From Eledone cirrhosa (lineage: Eukaryota), in NCBI GenBank assembly GCA_964016885.1, contig OZ024740.1, forward strand, positions 66,898,001-66,962,000: 64,000 nt of DNA. Direction: 5' to 3'. Both the position numbers and the translations under genes were made by a program. The notes beneath the pieces are model-generated. The model was not told the origin of the DNA. It made no database searches and saw only the letters and a program-made list of their open reading frames with translations. This document shows, piece by piece, positions 41,400 through 55,742 of this stretch; the stretch's first letter is position 1, and each line of letters opens with the position of its first letter.

Positions 41400-43882
41400 C
41401 AAATAAATTCCCTTGTTTGTACTGTTGACCATGTTATTCTCCACTTTTTTCTATTTTATTACTCCAAGATAGGTGTACATAGGAATACAAGTGAAATCAT
41501 AAACTCGTAATCTACGTAATCCTCTTGTCGACTCAAGCAACGCCGTACGCTAAAACTATCCACAATAAGAAGTATTCACAACTCCAAATTGGATTATCTA
41601 TAACGATATCTTGTTATCCTTTATATATACTTTTTTTTTCAAAAAACATTTTTTAAATATCACGGTTTTCTCTCTATTTTCTCTGTCTCTGTTGCGGAAA
41701 GACTGCACCCAAATATCTCTGGACATTAGTAATAATGTTAATTAGTGTTGATAAACTTAATTTGTGATAAAGCTAATGTTTTGCATTATACATTAATTGG
41801 GAAGTGGGATTAATCCATCATTTCGTTTTAACACAATAATCTGAACTCTGTGTGCCTTGAACAGAATCCACTATGCTGCAAGGTTTTAAAAGATATTTCT
41901 AGTTTTAAGATATGCCTCTCCCACCAGCCAGTTTTGGAGACTCTAATCTGTCAAAAACAATTGAAATTTAACAGAATAAATTCTCCAGAATACTTATGGA
42001 AATTTTAAATCCTCATAAAATTATTCCCTAAAACAATCAAAAAATAATATCCCACCATATATATTGGTAGCTGCTATCGTCTTTGATTAGATAAAACTAA
42101 ACCAGGTATCTATAACTTGTAAGCTTCAAAACGTAAATGGATCCAAATACATTATTTTAAAGTATCCGATGTTTCACAAGTAAGCCAATAATTAATTTCT
42201 TCTGTGAATAAAATGTCAATGTAGTAAATCAAAGCCTTGATCCAACCGGTCTATAATAAAGGGTCTTCAAGCTAGAACCATCGCATATATGTTACAGTAA
42301 CACTTTACTTCTTACAACTTTATACAATATGTTTTGGTTTATTCTTCTGGTATTGTAGAGTGTCTTTATTTGATGTTATTAACCTTTACGACACTATTGG
42401 TAAGGCAACTAAATGATATTATACGGAAAGAAACTTATTCAGCAACCGATTAATGACATTTAAATTCCCATTATCTGAAGAAATTTGCAGCTCCAATAAT
42501 AATGGTTCCTGCTAATGAAGGTCCTTGATAGTAATAAATAAATTGAAAGCAATTAGGATGACTCTGATTAGAATAATACAAGCAATTTCAAGAGGAGGTG
42601 CAACCTTGACTGACACAATCTCATTAGATCAAAGCCGAAGTTATAAATTCGAAATAGTGTTAGGTATTTAGTTCGGTGTGCCATTGTTGTTACTTCTACA
42701 TTTTACTTATCTCTGAGAGCTAATATTGATGCACGAAACCGGCTTTGTTTGATTTGTTTTTGCTTTGTTTTTCTCTAACGACAAAATCAATTGAATCATT
42801 CTCAGATTTTGTGTCGCTCCTGAATAAATTTTCTCGCAAATTATGAAAATATATGAGATATATTTATGAAGACCGCAATGAAGTAGACGTGATTTTCGAC
42901 TAATGAAGGTGGGGAGAATGTTCGCATTATAAACCATTCTACTTGACTTTGGAAAATCTTTAATGTTACATCATCCTATAGTTGTATCATGGAATTAGGT
43001 GGAAGTATATGACCTATTACATGGTTCGAGAGGTTGTAGATTGATAAAGGTGAAATAATTCTTTCGCTGGTTCTCTAATAATTGTTATGGGAATCACGTC
43101 ACTACCGGACTTTTTAAATACGTACTTCTGGTAGTATTCTGATTATCCCAAGCAGGCAGACTAATTAATCACCCCAATTATCAAAGACATTCCAAATATA
43201 ACTATCTCCTAATAATTTCAAGAATATTTGAAATTAATTAATGCGTCAAATTCTAAGATATATGGTCTCGTTTGATGGTGATTTAACGGTTATTTCTATC
43301 AAATAAAGCAATTGTGAAGGAGATACGTAGTCCGTTCGTATAAACACAACATATGCAGTGAAATAAATCCTAGATATAGCCTTGTTCGGAAATTATCTAT
43401 TTCCTTTCTCACATGTGCTACACATCGGTAAATTATCTGACGGTTCCATTAGCTTATTATGTTTAGCCACTCGCTAAACACTTCTCCAATTCTCTACAAA
43501 TGGATGATTTAAGTGGTTTACCACGCATCCTCTCAAAGCGCAGTCAATTCCGAGACAATAACTGACTTCGGTACGTAATTTATCAACTCCAGAAAGGATA
43601 ATATGTGAAATTAGTATCTGTAGGATTTGAACTCAGGACGGAATGCTGTGAAACATATAACTTAATACCAACTATCAGACACTGTAACGACTCTGCATTT
43701 CGTTACAACATTTTTCTCATTAAATCAATGTTGGGAATTGTGGTACAACAGTCGCAAATAATTTAACCACCCATCATTTCTCGGTTTATTTTTAGTTTCT
43801 TGTTATATAATATGAATGAAATTGCTATTAGATTAGTTTTATGTTTTTTCGAAGATAATTTTGTTTCCTTATTTGTTTTCAG

Positions 43883-44020
43883 TTTTCTCTTGTAGAATGC
43901 GTGATGAGTTCATTATTAGATGAACTACGGACTTATATTAATACAGTCCCGAGAACGATGTGCTTCCGTGCAATGATTATAGCAATCTCCTTCCTCCTTG
44001 GTTTACCAATGTTGTGCAAT
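43883..44020 (+). CDS. SLC6 exon, end of TM8 to TM9
   Basis: Acceptor ttgttttcAG and donor [52 protein letters not shown]. 138 nt, phase 0 to 0. Confidence 0.93.
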
Positions 44021-44158
44021 GTAAGTATCAGTTTTTATAACGTTACTGTTCTCACTCATGGGTCTGATGCTATGAGAATTGTAATCATTGAGGCACATTT
44101 CTTTATGAATGCATACATATGTATATATATATATATATATGTATGTATGCATGTGTGC

Positions 44159-44231
<73 letters not shown>

Positions 44232-44705
44232 CATGTCTCCGTATATGCGCAGGGACATAGAACAATCGGGCTGGATAGCCGATCGCGCGGTTAAGGACCC
44301 CTAGCATTTGTCAGGGCATTGTTCTAGGAGAAGGCAACGCAGGAAACTGGGATAACTCCGATAATAAATCTGCGGCTCAGTAGTTACCGATGATGTTGAT
44401 CTTTTCTTTTTTTCGGGTTATAGCTAGTGTTGCTCAGGGAGCGGGATTGGCTTAGTGCAGTCTTGCCTCACTTTAAAAATAATCTTCACGCAGAGGCATT
44501 GCACGGTAGGATTAATTGATAATTATTAATTATATTATAACGTGCAATGTCCATACTCGTTAACGAGGGGGCAGCCATGATATATATATATGTGCGTATG
44601 TGTGTGTGTGTGTGTGTGTGGGTGTGTGTGTGTTGGCAATATCACTAAGAGAGTGTTTAAGCACAACATGGGTGTATATGTAATCATATACTGTGTTTTT
44701 TATGT

Positions 44706-44797
<92 letters not shown>

Positions 44798-45606
44798 AGA
44801 ATTAGTATATCTACCAACATATATATACAGATGCATACCTATGTTAGCAAATATATAGGTTTTGTCTTAGTAACTTTCTGGTTCAATGCAAGGGGATGCA
44901 GAACAATTATATGAAAGACGTAAAATAAGAAAATTATAAAAAAAAACTTACTTACTAAAATGTCACTCCAACTAATTAGTTTGTGAAAGGGAATAAACAT
45001 GGTTTCCGAATGGAACATGGAGAATACCTTTCGTCATGAGGAAGTCAATTCTCAGCTAAGTTCCCAAGCCATGCGTCGACACAGGGAACTTATACAAAAA
45101 TAATTCAGTGCATGGCAAAAAGCCAGCGAGGACTAAATTCCTCCTCACTGATTAACTTCGATGTCACGTGATTGATTCTTTTGAATTTGCCACCGACCAT
45201 GTAGGCAGTGATTTTTTCAGTGTCTTGGAATTTAGTCTTCGCTTGCTTTTTTCCATCCACTGAATTATTTTGGTATAAGTTCCTTGTGCCCACGCATGCC
45301 CTGGGAACTTAGCTGAGAATTGACTTCCAGATGACGAAAGGTATTCTCCATGTTCCATTCGGAAACCATGTTTATTCCCTCTCAGAATCTAATTAGTTGG
45401 AGTGAAATTTTAGTAAGTAAGTTAATTGTTATAATGTTCTAATTTTACGTCTTTCATATATATATATATATATATATCAAGTAAGAATATTTTCGAAACA
45501 GCGAGTGGGTTTGAAATTATTAGAAATGTAAGCCATCGCCGTATTTTGACTAAAGAAATTAAAGAAATTATTTAGCCTGATAGTGCTACCATTTACACCA
45601 ACACAT

Positions 45607-45678
45607 GATGTGTTGGTGTAAATGGTAGCACAGTGGTCCGGATAACCAAAAATGTGGGTTCGACTCCCATGTACGTCA
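45607..45678 (+). other. tRNA-like cloverleaf heading a (TA)n-inserted repeat (45480-45787); diverged minus-strand copy at about 56760-56900
   Basis: Acceptor gatgtgt/gtacgtc, D arm gtgt-aaatggta-gcac, 7-nt anticodon loop, T arm gtggg-TTCGACT-cccat. Many G-U pairs, so probably a SINE head rather than a functional tRNA. Confidence 0.6.
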
Positions 45679-45783
45679 ATACTCATCTTTGTCCGTTTCT
45701 CCGAGGGTTCTTAACCCCACTATCAGGCTAAATAATTTCTTTAATTTCTTTAGTCAAAATACGGCGATAGCTTGCATTTCTAG

Positions 45784-45817
<34 letters not shown>

Positions 45818-45882
45818 GTGTGTGTGTGTGTGTGCATACCATGACAGCAAATTAACAATATTCTCTATGATCTATATTTCAG

Positions 45883-45982
45883 GGTGGTATGTTTCTTTTA
45901 AACCTCATAGACTTCAGCATCAGTGGATTCCCATTGCTTCTGGTAACAGTTTTAGAGTGCCTCGCAATAACCTACATATACG
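45883..45982 (+). CDS. SLC6 exon, TM10
   Basis: Acceptor tatatttcAG and donor GTAAGT. GGMFLLNLIDFSISGFPLLLVTVLECLAITYIY(G), matching GG.Y...L.D...E...I...YG. 100 nt. Confidence 0.93.
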
Positions 45983-46191
45983 GTAAGTGGAAAATGACGA
46001 TCGTGTGATATTTCGAGCAAGGAATCTTATTCTTTTAATTATCTCTATATCATGAACATGTACATGTGTTATGTGTGTAGCCATATGGGTGTATATTGTT
46101 TTCAGCTAGGCAATTACTACGAATATTATATATATATATACTTAATACATTGACAGAGAAAGCCATTAGCGATACTCCGACCAATTTCCAA

Positions 46192-46263
<72 letters not shown>

Positions 46264-46513
46264 TGTGTATGTATCTATATATATTTATCAAATAATATAT
46301 ATATAATATATATATGTGTGTGTGTGAGTGTGTGTGTGAGTGTGTGTGTGTGTGTGAAGCTTTTGTTTATGTCTATCAGGAATGAATGCTTAATCAAGAA
46401 AGCTGCTAGCCAGATAGTTTGACTCGACGGTATCCTTTCAATTGTATAGCATAAATATCCAAGCTGTCGAATATGGTATATAGGTCCAGACAAGATTACG
46501 GATCATATTAATA

Positions 46514-47270
46514 TAAGTAAGTATTGCATCAAGAAAAATATAATTATCGGCGTGAATGAGATTAGGAATATATTTCCTTTAACATGTGTTTCTATGTAAA
46601 TTATAATTGTTTACATATGCCGACTAGAATATATATTGTTCAATCATATGGAATACTTAATTATTTATTACACTTTATCAGAAAGCCTACAATAGTGGAA
46701 TTCAACTATTCACCATGCGGTAGAATTCAGCAATGGCATTTCCGTTTAAGAAAATGTAAATAAGTTAAAAATAGAATGAGATATAGTCATTTAGTGTGAT
46801 AGTAGAAAGGAGAACGAGTAGGGGTAAAGAGTTTCACACTATCAATCCGTGTGCTGTGATGTGGAACAATTAGTCTCTGACCATTTGAAGCTTACCATAT
46901 ATGGTCAAGAGAGTAGAGAAGGTATAGAGAGAAGGAAAGAAAAGGAGTGGGTAAGGAGGAAAGGAATTAAGAAAATGAGATTGTTTTGTATATTACTGAA
47001 TTCTTCGGGTAGTTGTGAAAAGTATAAGTGAAAATCTGGGCATAGAATGTGACTCAATCTCAGAATGATCCGTCTGACTACACCTACGGCAAAGAGGGAA
47101 TAATTGGGAATAGAGGATAGAGGTTTTGATGTGATTGGAGTGAGAGGAGGAGAAGTCGAGGTAGGCGTGTGTGTCAGAGGTTTTGAAGTAAATGGACGTG
47201 ATGAAGGAGCGATTAGCGGTGTCAATGTACACAGAGATGTACAGGAAGTTCACAGAAGGGGAGATAAAGA
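46514..47270 (-). mobile_element. Internally deleted PLE (RT thumb joined to 3' UTR), family F
   Basis: TSIYFKTSDTHAYLDFSSSHSNHIKTSILYSQLFPLCRRCS is the PLE thumb motif. Confidence 0.75.
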
Positions 47271-47739
47271 TATGTGTGTGTATGTGTGTGTGCGTGTGTA
47301 TGTGTGTGTGTATGTGTGTGTGTATGTGTGTGTGTGTTTAATCGGCTCCATTTATTTTCGTTTTCAATATTGAACCTATGAATGTATGTATATATATATA
47401 CATAAAACTTGCTATTCACTAATAGCTGGTGTTTTAGGATTGTTGTGTCTATATATTTGTTCTGAATCGACTTACAACCACTCCGCTATAATTTTGCCAG
47501 TTACTCATCAGGAACCTTTTGAATGGTGCGGGGGAATCTTGCAAACAAAGTTGTTATTTCCAACATTTGCGATAACGCATTAAAAATAGGATGTTTGTTT
47601 CTCTTTATAACACCTATATCTGGTTACATGAAATATATATCGCCTATCAGATTTGCCTTTGGAACAATACTTGTAATAAAATATTTGCTGACGATGACAC
47701 GTAAAGAGATTTAATGTAGCAAGACTTATTACACAAATA

Positions 47740-47945
47740 ATGGTTTCAGATTTAGATACAAGGCCAACCATTTTGGGAGGAGAGGAAAGTCAATTAAATC
47801 GACCCCAGTGTAATACTGGTACTTTATCGAACGCGTAACGATGAAAGTCAAAACTATCCACGGCGGGATTTGAAATTTGAACATTAAGGGCCGTTACTCT
47901 ATGTCACAAAAGATAGTGTCCTAGCGATACTGCCAATCCATCCCC
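47740..47945 (-). mobile_element. tRNA-derived SINE, same family
   Basis: Reverse complement of the SINE body (aatcgaccccagtg...ctggtacttt...atactgccaatcca). Confidence 0.75.
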
Positions 47946-48832
47946 CTTTCTATTATTAATAAAGATAACAGGTTATATATAAGCTCATTGCTGCGATATA
48001 TGTAACACCTCATGCCTCATGTCTTCAAATTGAACATAGGTATTTCAAATAGGTAAATAAAGAATAGAAATAAGAAGTCAGTTTCAAGAAATAATGGAAG
48101 TAACTCAAAGTAATCTCTCATTCAAAATTCTTCCAACTTAACACCGAACAATTCGCGTTAGGTAATCAATTAAAGAAAACAATCTTGGCTGAAATGTGTT
48201 TGACTGTTAGTCTGTTCACCCAGAAACGACTTGTAGCTAAAGAACAAAACCGCAACATTACATGCTATTTCAACAACAACACTAAATATTACGTCTCCTT
48301 CAACAACAATAATAACACCGTCAACAATAATAACAGTAGCAATCACACGTTCCCCGTTGGATGCCTGGTGATATTTAATTCTGAAAGGGTGGTTTTAATG
48401 TTCATCCCCTTAATGCAACATTAACCTGAGTTGGAAATTGGATGTTGTTAATGTTTAACCCCAAAATACATATGATACAATCATTACATTTCTTTATACG
48501 TTCCTTCTTTCTTTAGAAAAAGATGTGTTGTAGTGAGGTTTGAGGGGAATAGGCTGCTGTTTCGAATTATTTGAGTGATCACGCAAATGTTCCCATTATG
48601 ATTATAAATATATAGGAATCATGACAAAAATGATTTAAGCTTACCATAAATTTTGTAGAACAGGGTTATTTAAGTTGCACCTTCATGTTTCGCATCTCCA
48701 TTTAACTGTCAATATCTATCAAAATAGAAACTAAACACTGAACATCACCAACAACCACTCGGAAACACTATTATTTATGGTGTTTCTAATTCTGACACAA
48801 AAAAACATATTTTAAGCCCAAAAGAATATAAA

Positions 48833-48932
<100 letters not shown>

Positions 48933-49039
48933 ATTGAAGTTTCCGTTGAAAATTAAAAAAGTCATAGGAGTGAAGAGTGCTCTATGTAAGTGCCAGAGCT
49001 TAATTTAATGTTTATTATACATTATATATATATATATAT

Positions 49040-51240
49040 ATATAGTTATACTTGGAAAAGGTCATGTTGTTGTAATAATATTGCCAGAATTAATAACAGA
49101 ACACACTCACTGTTTGGTTGGTTTTCGCTTCTGTATCTTTTATATCAGTTAATTTAATTTTTTCGGTCCTCAATGTTTACCATTGACTGACCAACGGTCA
49201 AACATACAGATATAGTATAGACACAAACACATATATATAGTCTAACAAGGTTCTTTCGTTGCACATCTGCAATATCATCAGTGGTGCTATTATGTTTCCT
49301 CCTGTTGTATTGTATGTCTAAGCCATCTTTATTTAATATGTTTATTTATTTATTTATTTGTTTATTTTGTCTTCTTCTCTGTACATGCGTTTGCGTGTGT
49401 GTATAGTGTTTGATGTGTGTTCATGTTTGTGTGTTTATATGTGTTTGTTTTATTGTGCTTGTGTATGTATTTATTTATTTATCTATTTATTTATTTGTTT
49501 ATACTTCTCTTAGGTCAGTGTTGTTTGTTTGGGTGTTGTTATTCCATTCATTTTTTCTGTTTAGCCTTGGCCTTCTAAGTTCTATTTCACTGGCCTCTCT
49601 GATTTGCCTATCTACTGGCTCATTTCTATGTATAGATATTATTCTCATTTCTATGTTGTCTATGTTACTGTCGTGTTATTGTCTGGCATGTTCGTATAGT
49701 ACTGAACCGATTTTTCGTAATTTTAGTCCCCCCCCCCCCCCCCAGTGTTGGTCTATCCTTTCACCTATGCTACGAGCTGTCTCGCCTATGTATGTTATTG
49801 TCATGTTTCTGCAAGTACCCTCTGTACATCTTATGCTATAGACTACGTTTCTAGTTTTACAGTTTATCCGAGGGTTTACTTTACATATAATACATTTCCT
49901 ATTAGTAGAGTGGGTTTTCTTAAAAGGGTATGTTTTGCTGATCAGGGATTTTATGGTGGTTCCTGGTTTTTCTACCCCCTTAATCTTAAGTGGGTCTTTT
50001 CCAGTGCCTTTCTACACTGGTTAACTAATTTCCCTCCACAGGTAGCGTCCACGAACATGACACTCTGGTATCTCTGTTTGTCGTACAATGAGGAGGCTTT
50101 CCCTATCTTATGTCTAGTCTTATCTAAGCTATTCCATGATTTGCTCCTGTATAATGGGCAGTTCTATGGGGGTCTTATACTTCTCCGTGTCTCCTTCGTA
50201 TACTCTGATTTTGTCTCTTTGGTTGTAGCCAGAGAACTGCATGCGGTTGATGAAGTGTTGCATGTGTCTTTCCATTTTTGTTGGGTCGCACATGCGGGAC
50301 ACGTTCTTCATCACTCGTAGCAAGTCTGCGATCAGAATATTAAACTTAGCACTATTGGACATTGCTGAGTTTTTGAGTATCAGGTATTTGGAGGCCATGG
50401 GTTTAGCGTAGTGTGAGTGGAGAATTTGGGCTCTCTCGTCTATAGTGTTAATCCAGAGTTCCGTGTCTAATACAGGTAGTCTATTGTTAGGGTGTTTGGA
50501 AGGGTAGTCGATAGTTACAGTTATACTCTGGCATATGGAATTAGCTATCTGCTGGATGCTTTCCATTCTGCTACATTCTAAATCAAACTTGTTAGTACTC
50601 TCTTGTGGGGATGTCCTTATTACTATATTGATGTCGTCTACGTAACGAGAGTACATGATGAGGTCTATGGAGCTCTCATCAAGGAGATCTTTGAGTCTCC
50701 TTTCCCCAAGACACCATAGAAAGTTTGGCAACGTCACCAGCCATGCTTACGCCAATGGCTGCTCCCTCATTTCGGGGGTAGATCTTCTCGTTAAATTTGA
50801 ATATGTGGCCCTTTAGGGTAGTTTTAATACTAGCCCCTATTGCATGTGCGACCATTTTTCTTACCTGATGTTTTGTTTTGGGAGGTCCGTATGGCTTTGG
50901 TCCATCCAATTCAACTTCCCATGGGAGTCATTTTTGCAATTGAGGTTCTGGGGGGGGGGGGGATTTACCTCTTATGGGTCTACTGGGCAGAAGGTCATGG
51001 CTGTCTAGGTAGTCAGTGTCATAGGCAAGTCTAAGTAGGAGGCCCAGTTCGTCTGTGTCGACGTCGCAGAACTCAACCTCACTCTCAATGATCATCTCCA
51101 CACATTTTTCCACAGCAAAATCAATGTTAATGGATGGGTATAGTGCACTCACTGATTCTGCCGAGGAGGTCCTCCGTACTGTCACATACATCTGGGGACA
51201 TCTTGATTATGGGGTATATAACCACTGAGAGGAAGTAGGA
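49040..51240 (-). mobile_element. Decayed PLE family G (RT, GIY-YIG and terminal repeat with HHR-like core at about 49250-49285)
   Basis: ALYPSI, GAAIGVSMAG, YSRYVDD, LPVLD and HYAKPMAS across frameshifts. The 3' part matches 15586-16530. Confidence 0.9.
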
Positions 51241-51327
51241 GATCCTGTATTTGTTAGCGATATTGGCTCAGCATACAGGTCTTGTTGGTGGTGCTGTTGT
51301 CGGGTCTTCGTTATATATTTATATATA

Positions 51328-51359
<32 letters not shown>

Positions 51360-51363
51360 AATA

Positions 51364-51401
<38 letters not shown>

Positions 51402-51402
<1 letters not shown>

Positions 51403-53875
51403 GTTCTTTAAGTCTCAGTCATTGATGTTAGTTAACTGGAAAGTTTGTTGAGATGAATATCAAGCCACTATATGCAGCCTCAGATATTCAGGACGTATCG
51501 GAGGGTTCTTGCTGTTCCCAGCAAGCATGCCTTTTGGAGCGTTCCAAAAAGCGTGAAAAGGCCAATTTTCTTTAACCATCCCTGGAAACTTTTTGAGATA
51601 GTACCTAGTGCGCCTATGACAATCACTTTGACTTCATGGCAGTTCCAAATCCTTTTTACCTCCCACTTTCAGTCCTGGTATCGGTTAATTTTCTCCCTCT
51701 CCTTCTCTTGCTCTTTCGTGTCGAATGGGCAGGCCACATCCACAATCAGGCACGATCTTTTTTCTTTGTCCAAAACCACCAGGTCAGGTCTATTGTGTTC
51801 CAGTTTCTTGTCCGTCTGTATCCTAAAATCCCACAGCACCTTCACCTGATCGTTTTCTATCACCAACTCTGGCTTATGCTCATACCACTTCTCAGAATGT
51901 GGTAAATTGTTTACTTTGCATAGGTGCCAGTGGATCACCCTGCCCATCACATCATGTCTCCAGCACTTATAGTGAGTCTGGGCTAGGTGTTTACACTCGG
52001 ATACAGTGTGAGCCACAGTCTCCACCCTCTCTCTCCACAGATCCTGCACAGTGGGCTAGCCTCCTCCTTGTAAAGATGGTGTTTCAACCACTTCGTTTTG
52101 AGGGCCTGCACTTGCGCAGCCATTAACATTCCTTCTGTAGCCTTTTTAAGGTCTCCTCTTTTCAACCAGTTCCATGTCTGTGGATATCTGAATTGAGTTT
52201 TCTCAAAGAAGGTACTATGAAGGGATTTTTCCTGAAGGCTGCTCTTTCTCCTTGTTGTTATTTCCTCCTTGGACATCCCCTGGTCTATTGTCCTCTCCTT
52301 CAGTACAGTTCTGAGCATTGGTTCCTTACTATCAGTCACGTATTTGTGTAGGTTGTTTTTCTCCATCTGAACACAGTCCTCTATGCTGATAAGACCTCTT
52401 CCACCTTCAGATCTCCTTAAGTAGATTCTATCGACATCACTCCTCTTCTGGAACATGTTGTAGATAGTCAATAGCTTCCTAGTCTTCCTATCCATTTAGT
52501 TTTGTTCAGCAACAATCCATCTCAGAATTCCCGCACTGTACCTAATAATAGACACAGTTCAGGAATTTACTGCACTTATGGCATTCCTGCTGTTCAGATG
52601 TGATTTTAATACGCTCCTTACTCTCCGAATGTATTCAAATCTTATCAATTCCTTCATTTTTTTGTTCTTGATGTCATCAGCCTCCAGAACGCCCAAATAC
52701 TTGTATCCTCCTTCAGTGTCAATTCCTTTATCATCTCACCTGTTGGTACCTGGATTCCGTTGCTTCTGCTCAAATTTACCCCTCTTCATCACAAGGACTC
52801 CACACTTACTAATACCAAATTGCATACATTTCTCATTGCTGAAAATACGGACAGTGTCAACAAGCACATCCAACTCCTTCTCTCTTCCCGAAGAGCTTAA
52901 GGTCGTCCATGAAGAGGAGGTGGTTGATGGTAAGCTCTCCCTTTCCCAACTTGTATCCTGCTCTCAATTTTCACAGTATAATGGTCAGGGGCATCAGGGC
53001 AAGGACAAACAACAGAAGAGACAGACTATCTCCCTTGATCGTCACGGCTCCCAAGGATTCTCCAGCTGATGTTAACTCTGTTTTCCAGGACCTCATACTT
53101 TTACCCAACAAATGTCTGATGTTATCTGCCACCTTGAAGATCTCTAGGCTTTTGGGGATCCAAGAATAAGGCACCATGTCAAATGCCTTTTTGTAGTCTA
53201 TCCATCTCATGGCAAGACCGGTGTGTCTCCTCTTGCAATTCCTCATTACCATCTTATCAATAAGTAACTGGTCCTTTGTACCACGGGACTTCTTTCAGCA
53301 TTCTTTCTGTTCGTCCGGACACAAGTTGTTTGTGTGGAGGTGATGGTAGATTTCCTCAGACATAATGCTTGTCAACAGTTTCCCCATTACGGACAGGCAT
53401 GTGATAGGTCTATAGTTGGTAACATCATTACACTTGATTCGGTCTTTCATTATCAGAACTGTGGTACCTTTTGTCAACCACTCTGGTACTTCACCTGACA
53501 TCAAGCAGTCATTGAACATGGTTGTCAGTTTCGGGTGGAAGGATGTTATATTGTTAATCCAATATCCCTGCACACCATCTGGGCCTGGTGATTTCCAGTT
53601 AGTTAGTTTTTTTGGCCTGCCCCTTAAGAGTTTCAACTGTGATACTCAAATCAGTTTGTTGGTGTGCCTGTTCACTAATCTCCTTTTGTACTGTCTCAAT
53701 CCACACTGCCTGGTCATTATGTTAAACATCCTGCTCCCATATTCCTCTCCAGAATGTCGTAGTTTGTTCCGCCTCAGGGATCAAGTCGTTGCCTCTTTCT
53801 TTCCCTTCAAGCTGTCCAAACAGCATCTTCTGGTTGTTGTCAAACATGCGGTTCTGTCTATACTGACTGACTCTG
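51402..53875 (-). mobile_element. Dong/R4-type non-LTR retrotransposon (RT, CCHC finger, restriction-like endonuclease), decayed and 5'-truncated
   Basis: [36 protein letters not shown]...AHTVSEC...RHD and HNRPDLVVLDKEKRSCLIVDVACP. (TAA)n/(TTA)n on both sides. Confidence 0.9.
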
Positions 53876-53931
53876 CTTATTACAATTATTATTATTATTA
53901 TTATTATTATTATTGTTGTTGTTGGTGTTGT

Positions 53932-53968
<37 letters not shown>

Positions 53969-55704
53969 TCCATTTCCTTCAGTATTGTTCCTGATATATG
54001 CCGAGTGTCTTCCCATTATTGTTGTTATTATTTATTTTTTTTGGCGCTTCATTACTGCTTTACCGAGCACAGCTCTGTGCGCCTTGTGTATGAGCAGTGC
54101 AGTTTTTGTGGATGTTGTTTCTATTGTATTGATAGTACTATTGTTATTATATTTATTTTTACATCTGTATTCCTTTCTTTGTTTCCGAGATGTGTTAAAA
54201 CATTATATTCCGTTTTTAACATATTGATTGCACCACAAATGCCGGAACAACGATTTCATCCTACTTGTCACAATGACATATTTTGCATAATGGATGGCTG
54301 TAGTTGATTACGTCAATTCCCTGATGTAAAATGACACCGTTTTAACAAAGCCGAAAGAATACAGGAGGTGATGCTGATACTAAATATATGTTATCGCTCT
54401 ACTCATATTTTTTGCTTTTAATTTCTTTTGTTGCACATAGCTTTTTCGAATAATGTAACGTATTACTAGTTTCTATGGAGATAAACTAGAAAGTAATCAA
54501 ATCTTCGTTCAGAAAAGATAAATGTGAGGATGCAGTTGGTATCGTATGTTATTAATCATGTGATATATTAAAATATCTAAGTTGTCGTGATAGATACAAT
54601 ACTATAATACAGTTGCTGAATGCTTTAATGCACCAATCTCCGTGTGTATCCGGTTTAGCTGTGGTACTATATATCCTTGTATAATATAAGAGTCAAATAA
54701 AATATGTGTGACCATGCAGGGCCCCATGATGTGTAAGAAAATTATCAAGGAGTAAAATACCTTTTAGACGCTTATTGCTGTAGTTTGGGACTTAGATCTT
54801 TAGCTAGAGTATCTACGGCTTTTGTGAATCATTCCCATTCTGAAATACGTATTTTTTTGTTTTTCTAGAGATTTAGCGAGTCATTTGTTGTGGGTAATCT
54901 GTCATATTTATTGATTTAGTACTCTGATAACGCAACGTCTTGGTCGTAAGGCCACAAATAAAACACAATTTTAGTTTGCAAACATTGTGAAAAAAACATT
55001 CTTGAATGCAAATTGCAGAAAGGTCCATATGTGATGAAAGATCCGTAATATATAAAAGCTTATACATCGCTTTTAAATACTTCACATTTCATTGTGAATC
55101 GATGACAAACTATGAATGTATTGTTACGAAGTTTGTTTAGCAAATACTTCGTTTCGTTATTCAATTCCGCGTCTTTCAATATGCAATCAGTCCCTCTTGT
55201 AAAATGGAAATTTGAAGATAGAAAATGTCGATAACCCTTGGAAGTTCTTCATGTTTTTAATGGTAGGTGTAACCCCTCAATTTGTTTCACGCCACTATTT
55301 GAACATTTGTTTACGTTTGCTGAAATGTATTCTGCTGCTCGAGATGGAGTCAGGCCTCCGATCTGAATAAAATTTAATCTCTATCTGATGGCAGCCAAAG
55401 ACTTCTTAAGAAAGTTGAATGTCTCTATTGATTAAACCACAAACAAGACAATAGATAGCTAAGTAAATGTAGGTCATCATCTAGAAACAAGCATGAGGGA
55501 AAACATGAATTTTCATTTTATGAAACATTACTGCATTTAATATTATGTTTATATTCATACTGGGGATATTGATATTTTAACCACATCTATAGTGCAGCAT
55601 ATATTTATGGAACAGAAGCTGAAGTTGTAATTTACTGCAACGTTATAATCGCGGTTTCTTTTTTTCTCTCTCTCTCTATCATTGTGACATATATATGTTT
55701 ATGT

Positions 55705-55742
<38 letters not shown>

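Noticed and set aside
44225-44520. GC-richer segment with ctaggagaaggcaac, resembling RTE 5' UTR HDV-like ribozyme regions
   Set aside because: I could not fold a nested double pseudoknot by eye and there is no adjacent ORF.
45607-45678. Functional tRNA gene
   Set aside because: Mismatched anticodon stem, many G-U pairs, and an anticodon loop that differs from the second copy. Treated as a repeat head.
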